From: Escherichia phage T4
Length of the DNA stretch: 64,000 nt
Sequence record: MZ375356.1
Direction: 5' to 3' (one strand)
The notes under the pieces were generated by a model. That model was not told the DNA's origin. It did not search any database and saw only the letters and a program-made list of their open reading frames with translations. Both the position numbers and the translations under genes were made by a program. Positions 42,640 to 60,632 of this stretch are shown piece after piece. The stretch's first letter is position 1. Every line of letters starts with the position of its first letter.

Positions 42640-44099
42640 CAGATATTGTACTGAATGACTTACCATTCGTTGACGGCCCTCCTGCAGAGGGCCAGAGCCG
42701 CATTTCCTGGATTAAAAACGGCGAAGAAATATTAGGAGCTGACACACAGTATGGAAGTGAAGGCTCAATGAATAGACCTACGGTTTCTGTACTAAGAAAT
42801 GTTGAAGTTCTTGATAAAAACATTGGAATACTTAAAACATCTTTAGAAACCGCAAATAGTGATATTAAAACAATTCAGGGCATCTTAGATGTATCTGGTG
42901 ATATTGAAGCTTTGGCCCAAATAGGTATCAATAAAAAGGATATTTCTGACCTCAAAACGCTAACCAGTGAACACACAGAAATATTAAATGGAACTAATAA
43001 TACGGTTGACAGTATTCTTGCTGATATTGGTCCATTTAACGCCGAGGCCAACTCTGTATACAGAACGATCAGAAATGATTTACTGTGGATAAAGCGTGAA
43101 CTTGGACAATACACTGGTCAAGATATTAATGGTCTTCCTGTTGTAGGAAATCCTAGTAGTGGAATGAAGCATCGCATTATTAATAATACTGATGTCATCA
43201 CTTCGCAGGGAATACGTTTAAGCAAATTAGAAACAAAATTTATTGAATCTGATGTAGGTTCTTTGACCATTGAAGTTGGTAATCTTCGTGAAGAGCTTGG
43301 ACCGAAACCACCATCATTTTCACAGAACGTTTATAGTCGTTTAAATGAAATTGACACTAAACAGACAACAGTTGAGTCTGACATTAGTGCTATTAAGACC
43401 TCAATAGGATATCCAGGAAATAATTCGATTATCACGAGTGTTAATACAAACACTGATAATATTGCATCTATTAATTTAGAGCTAAATCAAAGTGGAGGTA
43501 TTAAACAGCGTTTAACCGTTATTGAAACTTCCATTGGTTCAGATGATATTCCTTCGAGTATTAAAGGTCAAATCAAAGATAATACAACTTCAATCGAATC
43601 TCTAAATGGAATCGTCGGTGAAAACACTTCATCTGGCTTAAGAGCGAATGTTTCATGGTTAAACCAAATTGTTGGAACTGATTCTAGCGGTGGACAACCT
43701 TCTCCTCCTGGGTCTCTTTTAAACCGAGTTTCTACAATTGAAACTTCTGTTTCAGGCTTGAATAACGATGTTCAAAACCTACAAGTAGAGATTGGTAATA
43801 ACAGCACAGGAATTAAAGGGCAAGTTGTAGCGTTAAATACTTTAGTAAATGGAACTAATCCAAACGGTTCAACTGTTGAAGAGCGCGGATTAACCAATTC
43901 AATAAAAGCTAACGAAACTAACATTGCATCAGTTACACAAGAAGTGAATACAGCTAAAGGCAATATATCTTCTTTACAAGGTGATGTTCAAGCTCTCCAA
44001 GAAGCCGGTTATATTCCTGAAGCTCCAAGAGATGGGCAAGCTTACGTTCGTAAAGATGGCGAATGGGTATTGCTTTCTACCTTTTTATCACCAGCATAA
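42636..44099 (+). CDS. wac: fibritin (whisker antigen control)
   Basis: 487 aa, heptad-repeat rich, C-terminal foldon-like [27 protein letters not shown]. Confidence 0.9.
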   Translation: MTDIVLNDLPFVDGPPAEGQSRISWIKNGEEILGADTQYGSEGSMNRPTVSVLRNVEVLDKNIGILKTSLETANSDIKTIQGILDVSGDIEALAQIGINKKDISDLKTLTSEHTEILNGTNNTVDSILADIGPFNAEANSVYRTIRNDLLWIKRELGQYTGQDINGLPVVGNPSSGMKHRIINNTDVITSQGIRLSKLETKFIESDVGSLTIEVGNLREELGPKPPSFSQNVYSRLNEIDTKQTTVESDISAIKTSIGYPGNNSIITSVNTNTDNIASINLELNQSGGIKQRLTVIETSIGSDDIPSSIKGQIKDNTTSIESLNGIVGENTSSGLRANVSWLNQIVGTDSSGGQPSPPGSLLNRVSTIETSVSGLNNDVQNLQVEIGNNSTGIKGQVVALNTLVNGTNPNGSTVEERGLTNSIKANETNIASVTQEVNTAKGNISSLQGDVQALQEAGYIPEAPRDGQAYVRKDGEWVLLSTFLSPA

Positions 44100-44102
44100 C
44101 AT

Positions 44103-44125
44103 GGGGCCGCAAGGCCCCAAAGGAT
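44103..44125 (+). terminator. stem-loop ggggccgcaaggcccc 3' of wac (weak T-run)
   Basis: Perfect 6-bp GC stem. Confidence 0.35.
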
Positions 44126-44130
44126 TTTAA

Positions 44131-45832
<1,702 letters not shown>

Positions 45833-45873
45833 TAAATATTATAAACTAATTAAAGCCCGGATTAGGAGAAGTC

Positions 45874-49014
<3,141 letters not shown>

Positions 49015-49042
49015 TATTAAAGCATATTAAAGAGGATTAAAA

Positions 49043-51022
49043 ATGACTTTATTATCTCCGGGCATTGAGCTCAAAGAAACTACGGTTCAAAGCACCGTAG
49101 TTAATAACTCTACTGGTACAGCAGCTTTGGCCGGTAAATTCCAGTGGGGTCCTGCTTTTCAGATTAAACAGGTTACAAATGAAGTAGATTTAGTTAATAC
49201 TTTTGGTCAACCAACCGCTGAAACTGCTGACTATTTTATGTCTGCGATGAATTTCTTGCAGTACGGAAATGACTTACGAGTAGTTCGTGCTGTTGATAGA
49301 GATACCGCTAAAAACTCATCGCCAATTGCTGGTAATATTGAATACACAATTTCTACCCCAGGTAGTAGCTATGCGGTTGGAGATAAAATCACGGTCAAAT
49401 ATGTTTCAGATGATATTGAAACTGAAGGTAAAATTACTGAAGTAGACGCAGATGGAAAAATTAAGAAAATTAATATTCCTACTGCAAAAATTATCGCTAA
49501 AGCGAAAGAAGTCGGTGAATATCCAACACTAGGTTCTAACTGGACTGCGGAAATTTCTTCATCTTCCTCTGGTTTAGCTGCAGTAATAACTCTTGGAAAA
49601 ATTATTACTGATTCTGGTATTTTATTAGCTGAAATTGAAAATGCTGAAGCTGCTATGACAGCGGTTGACTTTCAAGCAAATCTTAAAAAATATGGAATTC
49701 CAGGAGTAGTAGCGCTTTATCCAGGCGAATTAGGCGATAAAATTGAAATTGAAATCGTATCTAAAGCTGACTATGCAAAAGGAGCTTCTGCATTACTCCC
49801 AATTTATCCAGGTGGTGGTACTCGTGCATCTACTGCTAAAGCAGTGTTTGGATATGGACCGCAAACTGATTCACAGTACGCTATTATAGTTCGTCGTAAT
49901 GATGCTATTGTTCAAAGCGTTGTTCTTTCAACTAAGCGTGGTGAAAAAGATATTTACGATAGTAACATCTATATCGATGACTTTTTCGCAAAAGGTGGTT
50001 CAGAATATATTTTTGCAACTGCACAAAACTGGCCAGAAGGCTTCTCTGGAATTTTAACTCTGTCTGGTGGATTATCATCAAATGCTGAAGTAACAGCAGG
50101 AGATTTGATGGAAGCTTGGGACTTCTTTGCTGACCGTGAATCTGTTGACGTTCAACTGTTTATTGCAGGTTCTTGTGCCGGTGAATCTTTAGAAACAGCA
50201 TCTACTGTCCAAAAACACGTCGTTTCAATTGGGGATGCTCGCCAAAATTGCTTAGTATTGTGCTCTCCTCCGCGTGAAACTGTAGTTGGAATTCCTGTAA
50301 CCCGTGCTGTTGATAACTTAGTCAATTGGAGAACTGCGGCAGGTTCATACACTGATAATAACTTTAATATCAGTTCAACCTATGCAGCAATTGATGGTAA
50401 CTATAAGTATCAGTATGACAAATATAATGATGTGAATCGTTGGGTTCCATTAGCAGCTGATATTGCTGGTTTATGCGCAAGAACTGATAACGTATCTCAG
50501 ACTTGGATGTCTCCAGCTGGTTATAATCGTGGTCAGATTCTTAACGTTATTAAACTTGCTATTGAAACTCGCCAGGCTCAGCGCGACCGTTTATACCAAG
50601 AAGCTATCAACCCGGTAACCGGTACAGGTGGTGATGGTTACGTATTGTATGGTGATAAAACAGCTACTTCTGTTCCTTCTCCATTTGATCGTATTAACGT
50701 TCGTCGTCTGTTTAATATGTTGAAAACGAATATCGGACGTAGTTCAAAATATCGTTTGTTCGAATTAAACAACGCGTTTACTCGTTCATCATTCCGCACA
50801 GAAACTGCCCAGTACTTACAGGGAATTAAAGCTCTCGGTGGAATTTATGAATATCGTGTAGTTTGCGATACAACAAATAACACTCCGTCAGTAATTGATA
50901 GAAATGAGTTTGTTGCAACATTCTACATCCAACCGGCTAGAAGCATTAACTACATTACCTTAAACTTCGTAGCAACTGCTACTGGTGCAGATTTCGATGA
51001 GTTAACTGGTCTTGCTGGTTAA
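49043..51022 (+). CDS. 18: gp18 tail sheath protein
   Basis: 659 aa. Confidence 0.95.
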   Translation: MTLLSPGIELKETTVQSTVVNNSTGTAALAGKFQWGPAFQIKQVTNEVDLVNTFGQPTAETADYFMSAMNFLQYGNDLRVVRAVDRDTAKNSSPIAGNIEYTISTPGSSYAVGDKITVKYVSDDIETEGKITEVDADGKIKKINIPTAKIIAKAKEVGEYPTLGSNWTAEISSSSSGLAAVITLGKIITDSGILLAEIENAEAAMTAVDFQANLKKYGIPGVVALYPGELGDKIEIEIVSKADYAKGASALLPIYPGGGTRASTAKAVFGYGPQTDSQYAIIVRRNDAIVQSVVLSTKRGEKDIYDSNIYIDDFFAKGGSEYIFATAQNWPEGFSGILTLSGGLSSNAEVTAGDLMEAWDFFADRESVDVQLFIAGSCAGESLETASTVQKHVVSIGDARQNCLVLCSPPRETVVGIPVTRAVDNLVNWRTAAGSYTDNNFNISSTYAAIDGNYKYQYDKYNDVNRWVPLAADIAGLCARTDNVSQTWMSPAGYNRGQILNVIKLAIETRQAQRDRLYQEAINPVTGTGGDGYVLYGDKTATSVPSPFDRINVRRLFNMLKTNIGRSSKYRLFELNNAFTRSSFRTETAQYLQGIKALGGIYEYRVVCDTTNNTPSVIDRNEFVATFYIQPARSINYITLNFVATATGADFDELTGLAG

Positions 51023-51116
51023 TACGGTGCATTCTAAAGGCCTGTTTCGGCAGGCCATATAAATACACTATATCCTTAATTCTTTAATTCTATATGCCCT
51101 AGGTTAAACATAGGGA

Positions 51117-51124
51117 TATAAATA
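51117..51124 (+). promoter_or_regulatory. late promoter TATAAATA for gene 19 (second copy near 51058-51065)
   Basis: Exact motifs in the 18-19 intergenic region. Confidence 0.5.
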
Positions 51125-51138
51125 CTACAGAGGCTAAT

Positions 51139-51630
51139 ATGTTTGTAGATGATGTAACACGAGCGTTTGAATCTGGTGATTTTGCTCGACCTAACTTATT
51201 CCAAGTAGAAATTTCTTATCTTGGACAAAATTTTACGTTCCAATGTAAAGCTACTGCTCTACCAGCTGGTATTGTAGAAAAAATTCCAGTCGGATTTATG
51301 AACCGTAAAATTAACGTAGCAGGCGATCGTACATTCGATGACTGGACTGTTACAGTAATGAACGATGAAGCTCATGATGCTCGTCAGAAGTTCGTTGATT
51401 GGCAAAGCATTGCTGCGGGGCAAGGAAACGAAATTACTGGTGGAAAACCTGCAGAGTATAAAAAGAGCGCTATCGTTCGTCAATATGCTCGTGACGCTAA
51501 AACAGTAACAAAAGAAATTGAAATTAAAGGTCTGTGGCCTACTAACGTGGGTGAACTTCAATTAGATTGGGATTCAAACAATGAAATCCAAACTTTTGAA
51601 GTAACTCTTGCTCTCGATTATTGGGAATAA
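51139..51630 (+). CDS. 19: gp19 tail tube protein
   Basis: 163 aa. Confidence 0.95.
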   Translation: MFVDDVTRAFESGDFARPNLFQVEISYLGQNFTFQCKATALPAGIVEKIPVGFMNRKINVAGDRTFDDWTVTVMNDEAHDARQKFVDWQSIAAGQGNEITGGKPAEYKKSAIVRQYARDAKTVTKEIEIKGLWPTNVGELQLDWDSNNEIQTFEVTLALDYWE

Positions 51631-51662
51631 AATGAATGGGGAGAAATCCCCATCCTGCTTAA

Positions 51663-53287
<1,625 letters not shown>

Positions 53288-53288
<1 letters not shown>

Positions 53289-53530
53289 TGGAAGGTTTAA
53301 TTGAAGCTATTAAATCAAACGACCTCGTAGCCGCTCGTAAATTATTTGCTGAAGCCATGGCTGCAAGAACGATTGATTTAATTAAAGAAGAAAAAATCGC
53401 TATCGCTCGCAATTTCTTAATCGAAGGTGAAGAACCTGAAGACGAGGATGAAGATGAAGATGACGAAGATAGTGATGATAAAGACGACAAAAAAGACGAA
53501 GACTCTGACGAAGACGAGGATGATGAATAA
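53288..53530 (+). CDS. 67: gp67 prohead core protein (acidic C-terminus)
   Basis: 80 aa ending in poly-Asp/Glu tract. Confidence 0.85.
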
Positions 53531-53955
53531 TGCTTCTGATCCCTGAAACTCATGAATTAGTTCTCGAGAATGTCGAAGCACTTATTCCTGAAGCACAGGG
53601 TCGCTTTGACGAATTGTCTTCTGCTTTAAATAAAGACGATATAAATACAATTGTCGAGAATATGCTTGATGATGAAACTGATTTAGCGGTTGCATTAGCT
53701 TCTATTAATGAAAATATGCCGTTAAATGAATTCATCGTTAAACATGTTTCTGCCCGTGGTGAAATTACTCGCACTAAAGACCGCAAAACGCGTGAACGAA
53801 ATGCATTTCAAACCACTGGGCTGTCTAAAGCAAAACGTAGACAAATTGCTCGTAAAGCTACCAAAACGAAGATTGCCAATCCAGCAGGTCAATCTCGTGC
53901 TCAGCGTAAGCGTAAAAAAGCTCTTAAACGCCGTAAAGCATTAGGATTAAGCTAA
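53530..53955 (+). CDS. 68: gp68 prohead core protein
   Basis: 141 aa. Confidence 0.85.
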
Positions 53956-54593
53956 TGAATGAACCCCAATTACTAATTGAAACTTGGGGTCAACCTGGCG
54001 AAATTATTGATGGCGTACCAATGCTTGAATCTCATGATGGAAAAGACTTAGGTTTAAAACCGGGTTTATACATCGAAGGAATATTCATGCAAGCGGAAGT
54101 CGTCAATAGAAATAAACGTCTTTATCCAAAACGTATATTAGAAAAAGCGGTAAAAGACTATATTAATGAGCAAGTTTTAACTAAACAAGCTCTCGGAGAA
54201 TTAAATCATCCTCCACGCGCTAATGTTGACCCGATGCAAGCCGCTATCATTATAGAAGATATGTGGTGGAAAGGAAATGACGTATACGGACGAGCTCGTG
54301 TTATTGAAGGTGACCATGGTCCTGGAGATAAATTAGCAGCTAATATTCGTGCCGGATGGATTCCAGGAGTTTCTTCTCGTGGATTAGGTTCATTGACTGA
54401 CACAAATAAAGGTTATCGTATCGTAAACGAAGGATTCAAATTAACTGTAGGTGTTGATGCAGTATGGGGTCCAAGTGCTCCAGATGCATGGGTAACTCCT
54501 AAGGAAATTACCGAATCACAGACGGCGGAAGCCGATACAAGTGCCGATGACGCCTATATGGCTCTCGCAGAGGCCATGAAAAAAGCGTTATAA
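53955..54593 (+). CDS. 21: gp21 prohead core protease
   Basis: 212 aa. Confidence 0.9.
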   Translation: MNEPQLLIETWGQPGEIIDGVPMLESHDGKDLGLKPGLYIEGIFMQAEVVNRNKRLYPKRILEKAVKDYINEQVLTKQALGELNHPPRANVDPMQAAIIIEDMWWKGNDVYGRARVIEGDHGPGDKLAANIRAGWIPGVSSRGLGSLTDTNKGYRIVNEGFKLTVGVDAVWGPSAPDAWVTPKEITESQTAEADTSADDAYMALAEAMKKAL

Positions 54594-54596
54594 ATA
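54589..54596 (+). promoter_or_regulatory. late promoter TATAAATA for gene 22
   Basis: Exact motif overlapping the gene 21 stop. Confidence 0.5.
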
Positions 54597-54623
54597 TTAT
54601 TATCTAAACAACAGGACTACAAA

Positions 54624-55433
54624 ATGCTTAAAGAACAACTGATTGCCGAAGCGCAGAAAATTGATGCTTCCGTTGCTCTTGATAGTATTTTCGAATCAGT
54701 TAATATTTCTCCGGAAGCAAAAGAAACTTTCGGCACTGTATTCGAAGCTACCGTCAAGCAGCACGCCGTTAAATTAGCTGAATCTCATATCGCTAAAATT
54801 GCTGAAAAAGCAGAAGAAGAAGTAGAAAAAAATAAAGAAGAAGCCGAAGAAAAAGCTGAGAAGAAAATCGCTGAGCAAGCTTCTAAATTCATTGACCATC
54901 TTGCAAAAGAATGGCTCGCTGAAAATAAATTAGCAGTTGATAAAGGCATCAAAGCCGAACTGTTTGAATCCATGCTTGGTGGATTAAAAGAGCTCTTTGT
55001 TGAACACAACGTTGTTGTTCCAGAAGAATCAGTTGATGTTGTAGCTGAAATGGAAGAAGAGCTGCAAGAACATAAAGAAGAATCAGCTCGTCTGTTCGAA
55101 GAACTCAATATGCGCGACGCATATATCAATTATGTGCAGCGTGAAGTGGCATTGAGCGAAAGTACTAAAGATCTGACTGAGTCTCAAAAAGAAAAAGTCT
55201 CTGCTCTGGTCGAAGGTATGGATTATTCAGATGCATTCTCAAGTAAATTGAGTGCAATCGTAGAAATGGTGAAGAAATCTAATAAAGATGAAAGCACTAT
55301 TACTGAGAGTATAAATACTCCTGATACTGAAGCAGCCGGACTGAATTTCGTCACTGAAGCTGTAGAAGATAAAGCTGCACAGGGTGCAGAAGATATTGTA
55401 AGTGTATATGCGAAAGTCGCATCTCGTTTCTAA
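54624..55433 (+). CDS. 22: gp22 prohead core scaffold protein
   Basis: 269 aa, Glu/Lys-rich. Confidence 0.9.
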   Translation: MLKEQLIAEAQKIDASVALDSIFESVNISPEAKETFGTVFEATVKQHAVKLAESHIAKIAEKAEEEVEKNKEEAEEKAEKKIAEQASKFIDHLAKEWLAENKLAVDKGIKAELFESMLGGLKELFVEHNVVVPEESVDVVAEMEEELQEHKEESARLFEELNMRDAYINYVQREVALSESTKDLTESQKEKVSALVEGMDYSDAFSSKLSAIVEMVKKSNKDESTITESINTPDTEAAGLNFVTEAVEDKAAQGAEDIVSVYAKVASRF

Positions 55434-55451
55434 TTTTAAAGGTTAACACAA

Positions 55452-57017
55452 ATGACTATCAAAACTAAAGCTGAACTTTTGAACAAATGGAAGCCATTAC
55501 TGGAAGGTGAAGGTTTACCGGAAATTGCTAATAGCAAACAAGCGATTATCGCTAAAATCTTTGAAAACCAGGAAAAAGATTTCCAGACAGCTCCGGAATA
55601 TAAAGACGAAAAAATTGCTCAGGCATTCGGTTCTTTCTTAACAGAAGCTGAAATCGGTGGTGACCACGGTTACAATGCTACCAACATCGCTGCAGGTCAG
55701 ACTTCTGGCGCAGTAACTCAGATTGGCCCAGCTGTTATGGGTATGGTACGTCGTGCTATTCCTAACCTGATTGCTTTCGATATTTGTGGTGTTCAGCCGA
55801 TGAACAGCCCGACTGGCCAGGTATTCGCACTGCGCGCAGTATATGGTAAAGACCCAGTGGCTGCCGGTGCTAAAGAAGCATTCCACCCAATGTATGGTCC
55901 AGATGCAATGTTCTCTGGTCAGGGTGCTGCTAAGAAATTCCCAGCTCTGGCTGCTAGCACACAAACCACAGTAGGTGATATCTATACTCACTTCTTCCAG
56001 GAAACTGGTACTGTATATCTGCAAGCTTCTGTTCAAGTAACAATCGATGCTGGTGCGACTGATGCTGCTAAATTAGATGCTGAAATTAAGAAACAAATGG
56101 AAGCTGGTGCACTGGTAGAAATCGCTGAAGGTATGGCTACTTCTATCGCTGAACTCCAGGAAGGTTTCAATGGTTCTACCGATAACCCATGGAATGAAAT
56201 GGGCTTCCGTATCGATAAGCAAGTTATCGAAGCTAAATCTCGTCAGCTGAAAGCTGCTTACTCTATTGAATTAGCACAAGACCTCCGCGCTGTTCACGGT
56301 ATGGATGCTGATGCTGAACTGTCTGGTATTCTGGCTACAGAAATTATGCTGGAAATCAACCGTGAAGTTGTTGATTGGATTAACTACTCAGCTCAGGTTG
56401 GTAAATCTGGTATGACCCTGACTCCGGGTTCTAAAGCTGGTGTATTTGACTTCCAGGACCCAATTGATATTCGTGGTGCTCGCTGGGCGGGTGAATCCTT
56501 TAAAGCTCTGTTGTTCCAGATTGACAAAGAAGCAGTTGAAATTGCTCGTCAGACCGGTCGTGGTGAAGGTAACTTCATTATCGCTTCCCGTAACGTAGTT
56601 AACGTTCTGGCTTCAGTTGATACCGGCATTTCTTATGCTGCACAGGGTCTGGCTACCGGCTTTAACACTGATACTACCAAGTCAGTATTTGCTGGTGTTC
56701 TGGGTGGTAAATACCGCGTATATATCGACCAGTATGCTAAACAGGATTATTTCACTGTAGGTTATAAAGGTCCGAACGAAATGGATGCTGGTATTTACTA
56801 TGCTCCATATGTAGCTCTGACTCCGCTGCGTGGTTCCGATCCGAAGAACTTCCAACCGGTAATGGGATTCAAAACTCGTTACGGTATCGGTATCAACCCA
56901 TTTGCAGAATCCGCTGCTCAGGCTCCGGCTTCTCGCATCCAGAGCGGTATGCCTTCTATTCTGAATAGCCTTGGTAAAAACGCTTACTTTAGACGTGTAT
57001 ATGTTAAAGGTATCTAA
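55452..57017 (+). CDS. 23: gp23 major capsid protein
   Basis: 521 aa MTIKTKAELLNKWKPLLEGEGLPEIANSKQ..., recognised as T4 gp23. Confidence 0.97.
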   Translation: MTIKTKAELLNKWKPLLEGEGLPEIANSKQAIIAKIFENQEKDFQTAPEYKDEKIAQAFGSFLTEAEIGGDHGYNATNIAAGQTSGAVTQIGPAVMGMVRRAIPNLIAFDICGVQPMNSPTGQVFALRAVYGKDPVAAGAKEAFHPMYGPDAMFSGQGAAKKFPALAASTQTTVGDIYTHFFQETGTVYLQASVQVTIDAGATDAAKLDAEIKKQMEAGALVEIAEGMATSIAELQEGFNGSTDNPWNEMGFRIDKQVIEAKSRQLKAAYSIELAQDLRAVHGMDADAELSGILATEIMLEINREVVDWINYSAQVGKSGMTLTPGSKAGVFDFQDPIDIRGARWAGESFKALLFQIDKEAVEIARQTGRGEGNFIIASRNVVNVLASVDTGISYAAQGLATGFNTDTTKSVFAGVLGGKYRVYIDQYAKQDYFTVGYKGPNEMDAGIYYAPYVALTPLRGSDPKNFQPVMGFKTRYGIGINPFAESAAQAPASRIQSGMPSILNSLGKNAYFRRVYVKGI

Positions 57018-57043
57018 TCTCTAACGATAGAAACACAATTTTA

Positions 57044-57068
57044 GGGAACCTTCGGGTTCCCTTTTTCT
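57044..57068 (+). terminator. stem-loop gggaaccttcgggttccc followed by TTTTTCTATTTT
   Basis: Immediately 3' of gene 23. Confidence 0.6.
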
Positions 57069-57739
57069 ATTTTATACGATAGCAATCAGGCATATCATCC
57101 GCATTTATCCAATTGCGAATAGTTTTAGGACTAACTTTAAAATGCTCCGCTGCGTAATCAGGATTATCAAATTTAACGCCCTTTATACATATTGGAATAA
57201 ATTTTTTAATACCACCAAGTTTTTCAGAAATAGCTTTACGATGTGAAATCGATATAGGTTTGTTTTTTCGTGGATGAACATGTGTTTTATAATATTCATT
57301 GCGCCCTTTAACTCGCTTCGCAATAGTTTCATCAGATTGCTTAACGCCTGTTTTTGCCTTTGATATTTTTCGTTTAGCTTCCACAGTCATTCCTTCTTTT
57401 GTTCGTATTGATAACATATTACGATATGAAGGATCTTGCAAATGAACTAACTGGATTTCCTCTGCCACCAATAGCAGCATTATAGGTATCAGTTCTCATA
57501 ACGAATTCCTCATTAACTAGTAAAGCTTCCATTTTATACATCTCCTCAGATGAGGAGAAAGAATAAAGAATTTCTTTTTTAAAGTTATGAATACCATATT
57601 TTTTGATGGATTTTTTGATGTTTACGCCAGAACCCATATAACCATCGTTTTCGTCAAGAGTAGCATGAGCTCCGATGTAAATTTTTCCATTGATGATATT
57701 AGTAATTTGATATATTAAATATTTCATTTTAAACATCAC
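57067..57739 (-). pseudogene. segD: segD-like GIY-YIG homing endonuclease gene split by a frameshift
   Basis: ORF 57419..57739 has the GIY-YIG domain ([28 protein letters not shown]...AAIGG); ORF 57067..57480 in another frame has the NUMOD-like EAKRKISKAKTG DNA-binding region; total span 673 nt, not a multiple of 3. Confidence 0.6.
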
Positions 57740-57789
57740 TCCGTTTGTATATGATTATAATCATATTACTTTGGTCTTGTAAATAACTT

Positions 57790-57797
57790 TATAAATA
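57790..57797 (+). promoter_or_regulatory. late promoter TATAAATA for gene 24
   Basis: Exact motif about 28 nt upstream of the gene 24 ATG. Confidence 0.55.
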
Positions 57798-57824
57798 GTA
57801 TTATATTTCAACAAGGAAAATACA

Positions 57825-59108
57825 ATGGCTAAAATCAACGAACTTCTGCGCGAATCAACCACAACGAATAGCAACTCAATCGGTCGCCCAAATCTCGTTG
57901 CTTTGACTCGCGCTACCACTAAATTAATATATTCTGACATTGTAGCAACGCAAAGAACTAATCAACCTGTTGCTGCTTTTTATGGTATCAAATACCTTAA
58001 CCCAGACAACGAATTTACATTTAAAACTGGTGCTACTTACGCTGGCGAAGCTGGATATGTAGACCGAGAACAAATCACAGAATTAACAGAAGAGTCTAAA
58101 TTAACTCTCAATAAAGGCGATTTATTCAAATATAATAATATCGTTTATAAAGTATTAGAAGATACTCCATTTGCTACTATCGAAGAAAGTGATTTAGAAT
58201 TAGCTCTTCAGATTGCAATCGTTCTTTTAAAGGTTCGTCTATTTTCTGACGCAGCGTCAACAAGCAAATTTGAAAGCTCTGATAGTGAAATTGCGGATGC
58301 TAGATTCCAGATTAATAAATGGCAAACTGCAGTTAAATCTCGTAAACTTAAAACTGGCATCACAGTTGAATTAGCGCAAGATTTAGAAGCAAATGGATTC
58401 GATGCTCCTAATTTCTTGGAAGATTTGCTTGCAACTGAAATGGCAGATGAAATCAATAAAGACATTCTGCAGTCTTTGATTACAGTGTCAAAACGCTATA
58501 AAGTTACAGGAATTACTGATAGTGGATTCATCGATTTGAGTTATGCATCTGCTCCTGAAGCTGGTCGTTCATTATACCGAATGGTATGTGAAATGGTTTC
58601 GCATATCCAAAAAGAATCAACTTATACAGCAACGTTCTGTGTTGCTTCAGCTCGTGCCGCTGCGATTCTTGCTGCATCAGGCTGGTTAAAACATAAACCA
58701 GAAGATGACAAATATCTTTCACAAAATGCCTACGGGTTCTTAGCTAATGGTTTACCGCTTTATTGCGATACTAACAGCCCATTAGATTATGTAATCGTTG
58801 GCGTAGTAGAAAATATCGGTGAAAAAGAAATTGTTGGATCAATTTTCTATGCTCCGTATACAGAAGGTCTCGACTTAGATGACCCTGAACATGTAGGTGC
58901 ATTTAAAGTTGTTGTTGATCCAGAAAGCTTACAACCATCTATCGGTTTATTAGTTAGATATGCTTTATCAGCAAATCCTTATACTGTAGCAAAAGATGAA
59001 AAAGAAGCAAGAATAATTGACGGTGGAGACATGGATAAAATGGCAGGTCGTTCAGATTTGTCTGTTTTATTAGGTGTTAAGCTACCAAAAATTATCATTG
59101 ATGAATAA
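57825..59108 (+). CDS. 24: gp24 capsid vertex protein
   Basis: 427 aa, paralogous to gp23. Confidence 0.95.
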   Translation: MAKINELLRESTTTNSNSIGRPNLVALTRATTKLIYSDIVATQRTNQPVAAFYGIKYLNPDNEFTFKTGATYAGEAGYVDREQITELTEESKLTLNKGDLFKYNNIVYKVLEDTPFATIEESDLELALQIAIVLLKVRLFSDAASTSKFESSDSEIADARFQINKWQTAVKSRKLKTGITVELAQDLEANGFDAPNFLEDLLATEMADEINKDILQSLITVSKRYKVTGITDSGFIDLSYASAPEAGRSLYRMVCEMVSHIQKESTYTATFCVASARAAAILAASGWLKHKPEDDKYLSQNAYGFLANGLPLYCDTNSPLDYVIVGVVENIGEKEIVGSIFYAPYTEGLDLDDPEHVGAFKVVVDPESLQPSIGLLVRYALSANPYTVAKDEKEARIIDGGDMDKMAGRSDLSVLLGVKLPKIIIDE

Positions 59109-59114
59109 AACAAA

Positions 59115-59137
59115 GGGACCTTTCGGTCCCTTTTTAT
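59115..59137. terminator. bidirectional stem-loop gggacctttcggtccc between convergent gene 24 and rnlB
   Basis: T-runs on both strands flank the hairpin. Confidence 0.55.
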
Positions 59138-60142
59138 TTAACTTACCAACTCAATCCAAGCTGGACGAAGTACATCTTGTACCATTTTAACTAATTCCTT
59201 TTTAATCAAAGAAGGATTATCTGCTTGAGTTAGAGTAATACCTTCACGAGAAGTTTCTTCCAAAATATCTTGAACAGTTAGCCCCATCACCTTTCCAAAA
59301 TCCTTTGGACCAATTTCGCCAATTTTAGAAATAACGTTATTTACGCGGTTCAGTGTAACGTAACAAGCTAAAATTCCCACCAATTTGTTATCAGCTTCTG
59401 ATAGCTCAACTTTAGCTTTAATAGGCTTATCAGACTTTTTCTTTTCACTAAATTTAGAGTTCTTGCATTTAATCGCTACACGATTTCCATTACGAAGCCA
59501 AGAAGGATAACAAGGTTTCAATACATATCCTTCAGCAGTAAATACTTCGCCTTTTGCTTCGGCATTCCAAACGCATTTATTTGCATCAACTAATCCAGCA
59601 TGGTCTACTGTAAAATTATAATCTTGGACGACAGAATCTAAATCATTTGGCAATTTAATAAGCTCTTCAAATTTACCGCGACCTAAAAGTGGAGCCATTT
59701 TAAATTTAAATGTATTACAGAATGATTCCATCATATAATCATCTACATAAGTCACATCACCGCTTTCTGTAGTAACAATAATGTCAAATACATAAAAATC
59801 TTTATCACCATAATCAACATTCTTCTGAATGCCAGGTCCAGCGAATTCGCCAAAGACTTGATAAGATACAACCGCTGAGGTTTCCATAATATCTTGTACA
59901 GCTTTAATGGAATCAGCATAATTCTTCAAAATAATTTCATACCCAAAGAAATCTTCAGCAGGAAGAATCGGTCCAGTGCGTTTAGCGCAAGTCACTTTAT
60001 CACGCTCAATAATCAATGAGAAATTTGTGCCGTGAATCTTTTCACGAGCTACCCACTCCCCACCAGTCAATCCCAAGCTATAAAGTTTTTCAATAAATTT
60101 AGAGTTGTAATGATTTTCAAGACTGCTATACTTTTTAAACAT
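59138..60142 (-). CDS. rnlB: RNA ligase 2
   Basis: 334 aa [23 protein letters not shown]... with ligase motif KIHGTN. Confidence 0.9.
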   Translation of the reverse strand: MFKKYSSLENHYNSKFIEKLYSLGLTGGEWVAREKIHGTNFSLIIERDKVTCAKRTGPILPAEDFFGYEIILKNYADSIKAVQDIMETSAVVSYQVFGEFAGPGIQKNVDYGDKDFYVFDIIVTTESGDVTYVDDYMMESFCNTFKFKMAPLLGRGKFEELIKLPNDLDSVVQDYNFTVDHAGLVDANKCVWNAEAKGEVFTAEGYVLKPCYPSWLRNGNRVAIKCKNSKFSEKKKSDKPIKAKVELSEADNKLVGILACYVTLNRVNNVISKIGEIGPKDFGKVMGLTVQDILEETSREGITLTQADNPSLIKKELVKMVQDVLRPAWIELVS

Positions 60143-60151
60143 AATTAATCC

Positions 60152-60430
60152 TCAAAATGTAATTTCTAACCAATCACCATCACGCTGATCACTATTGACT
60201 TTAAAGCTGAATCCTTCTTTTCTCAGCCAATCACCAATTTCTTCTGTAATCAATTTATCACGAGCAATACAATAATAATTAAAATGTGTTTTACCTTGTT
60301 CAGCTGCTTTATTAGCAAGTTCTGAAAAATCTTTAATAAAACACTCTAGCTTAAACTGTTTACTTTTTAATGCTTTTTCGCGTAATTGATTAGCAAAAGA
60401 TTCATTTTCATAAAGATCATACTGTTCCAT
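60152..60430 (-). CDS. hypothetical protein (92 aa), position of T4 24.2
   Basis: ORF track. Confidence 0.5.
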   Translation of the reverse strand: MEQYDLYENESFANQLREKALKSKQFKLECFIKDFSELANKAAEQGKTHFNYYCIARDKLITEEIGDWLRKEGFSFKVNSDQRDGDWLEITF

Positions 60431-60632
60431 TTTTCACCTTTTTATTGATATGTCTTTTTCTATAGACAACTTTTTCTCGAGTTTCAAATTTATTCTTAGC
60501 AGTCATAGCTCGAGCCCATAATACAGCCACTTCTTTTGCCTGTAAGTTTAATTCACGAGCAATTTCAATGAATGACTTTCCAGACTCATGAAGAGTAAAC
60601 ACCACAACCTCAGTTCTCATAATCAATCTCAT
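60417..60632 (-). CDS. hypothetical protein (71 aa), position of T4 24.3
   Basis: ORF track. Confidence 0.5.
   Translation of the reverse strand: MRLIMRTEVVVFTLHESGKSFIEIARELNLQAKEVAVLWARAMTAKNKFETREKVVYRKRHINKKVKNGTV

Noticed and set aside
42636-44099. Long heptad-repeat protein as a possible novel structural or defence factor
   Set aside because: Length, position after gene 12 and the C-terminal foldon-like motif identify it as fibritin (wac).
54785-55129. 114-aa minus-strand ORF
   Set aside because: Antisense to the Glu/Lys/Ala-rich region of gp22; no start context or promoter; frame artefact.
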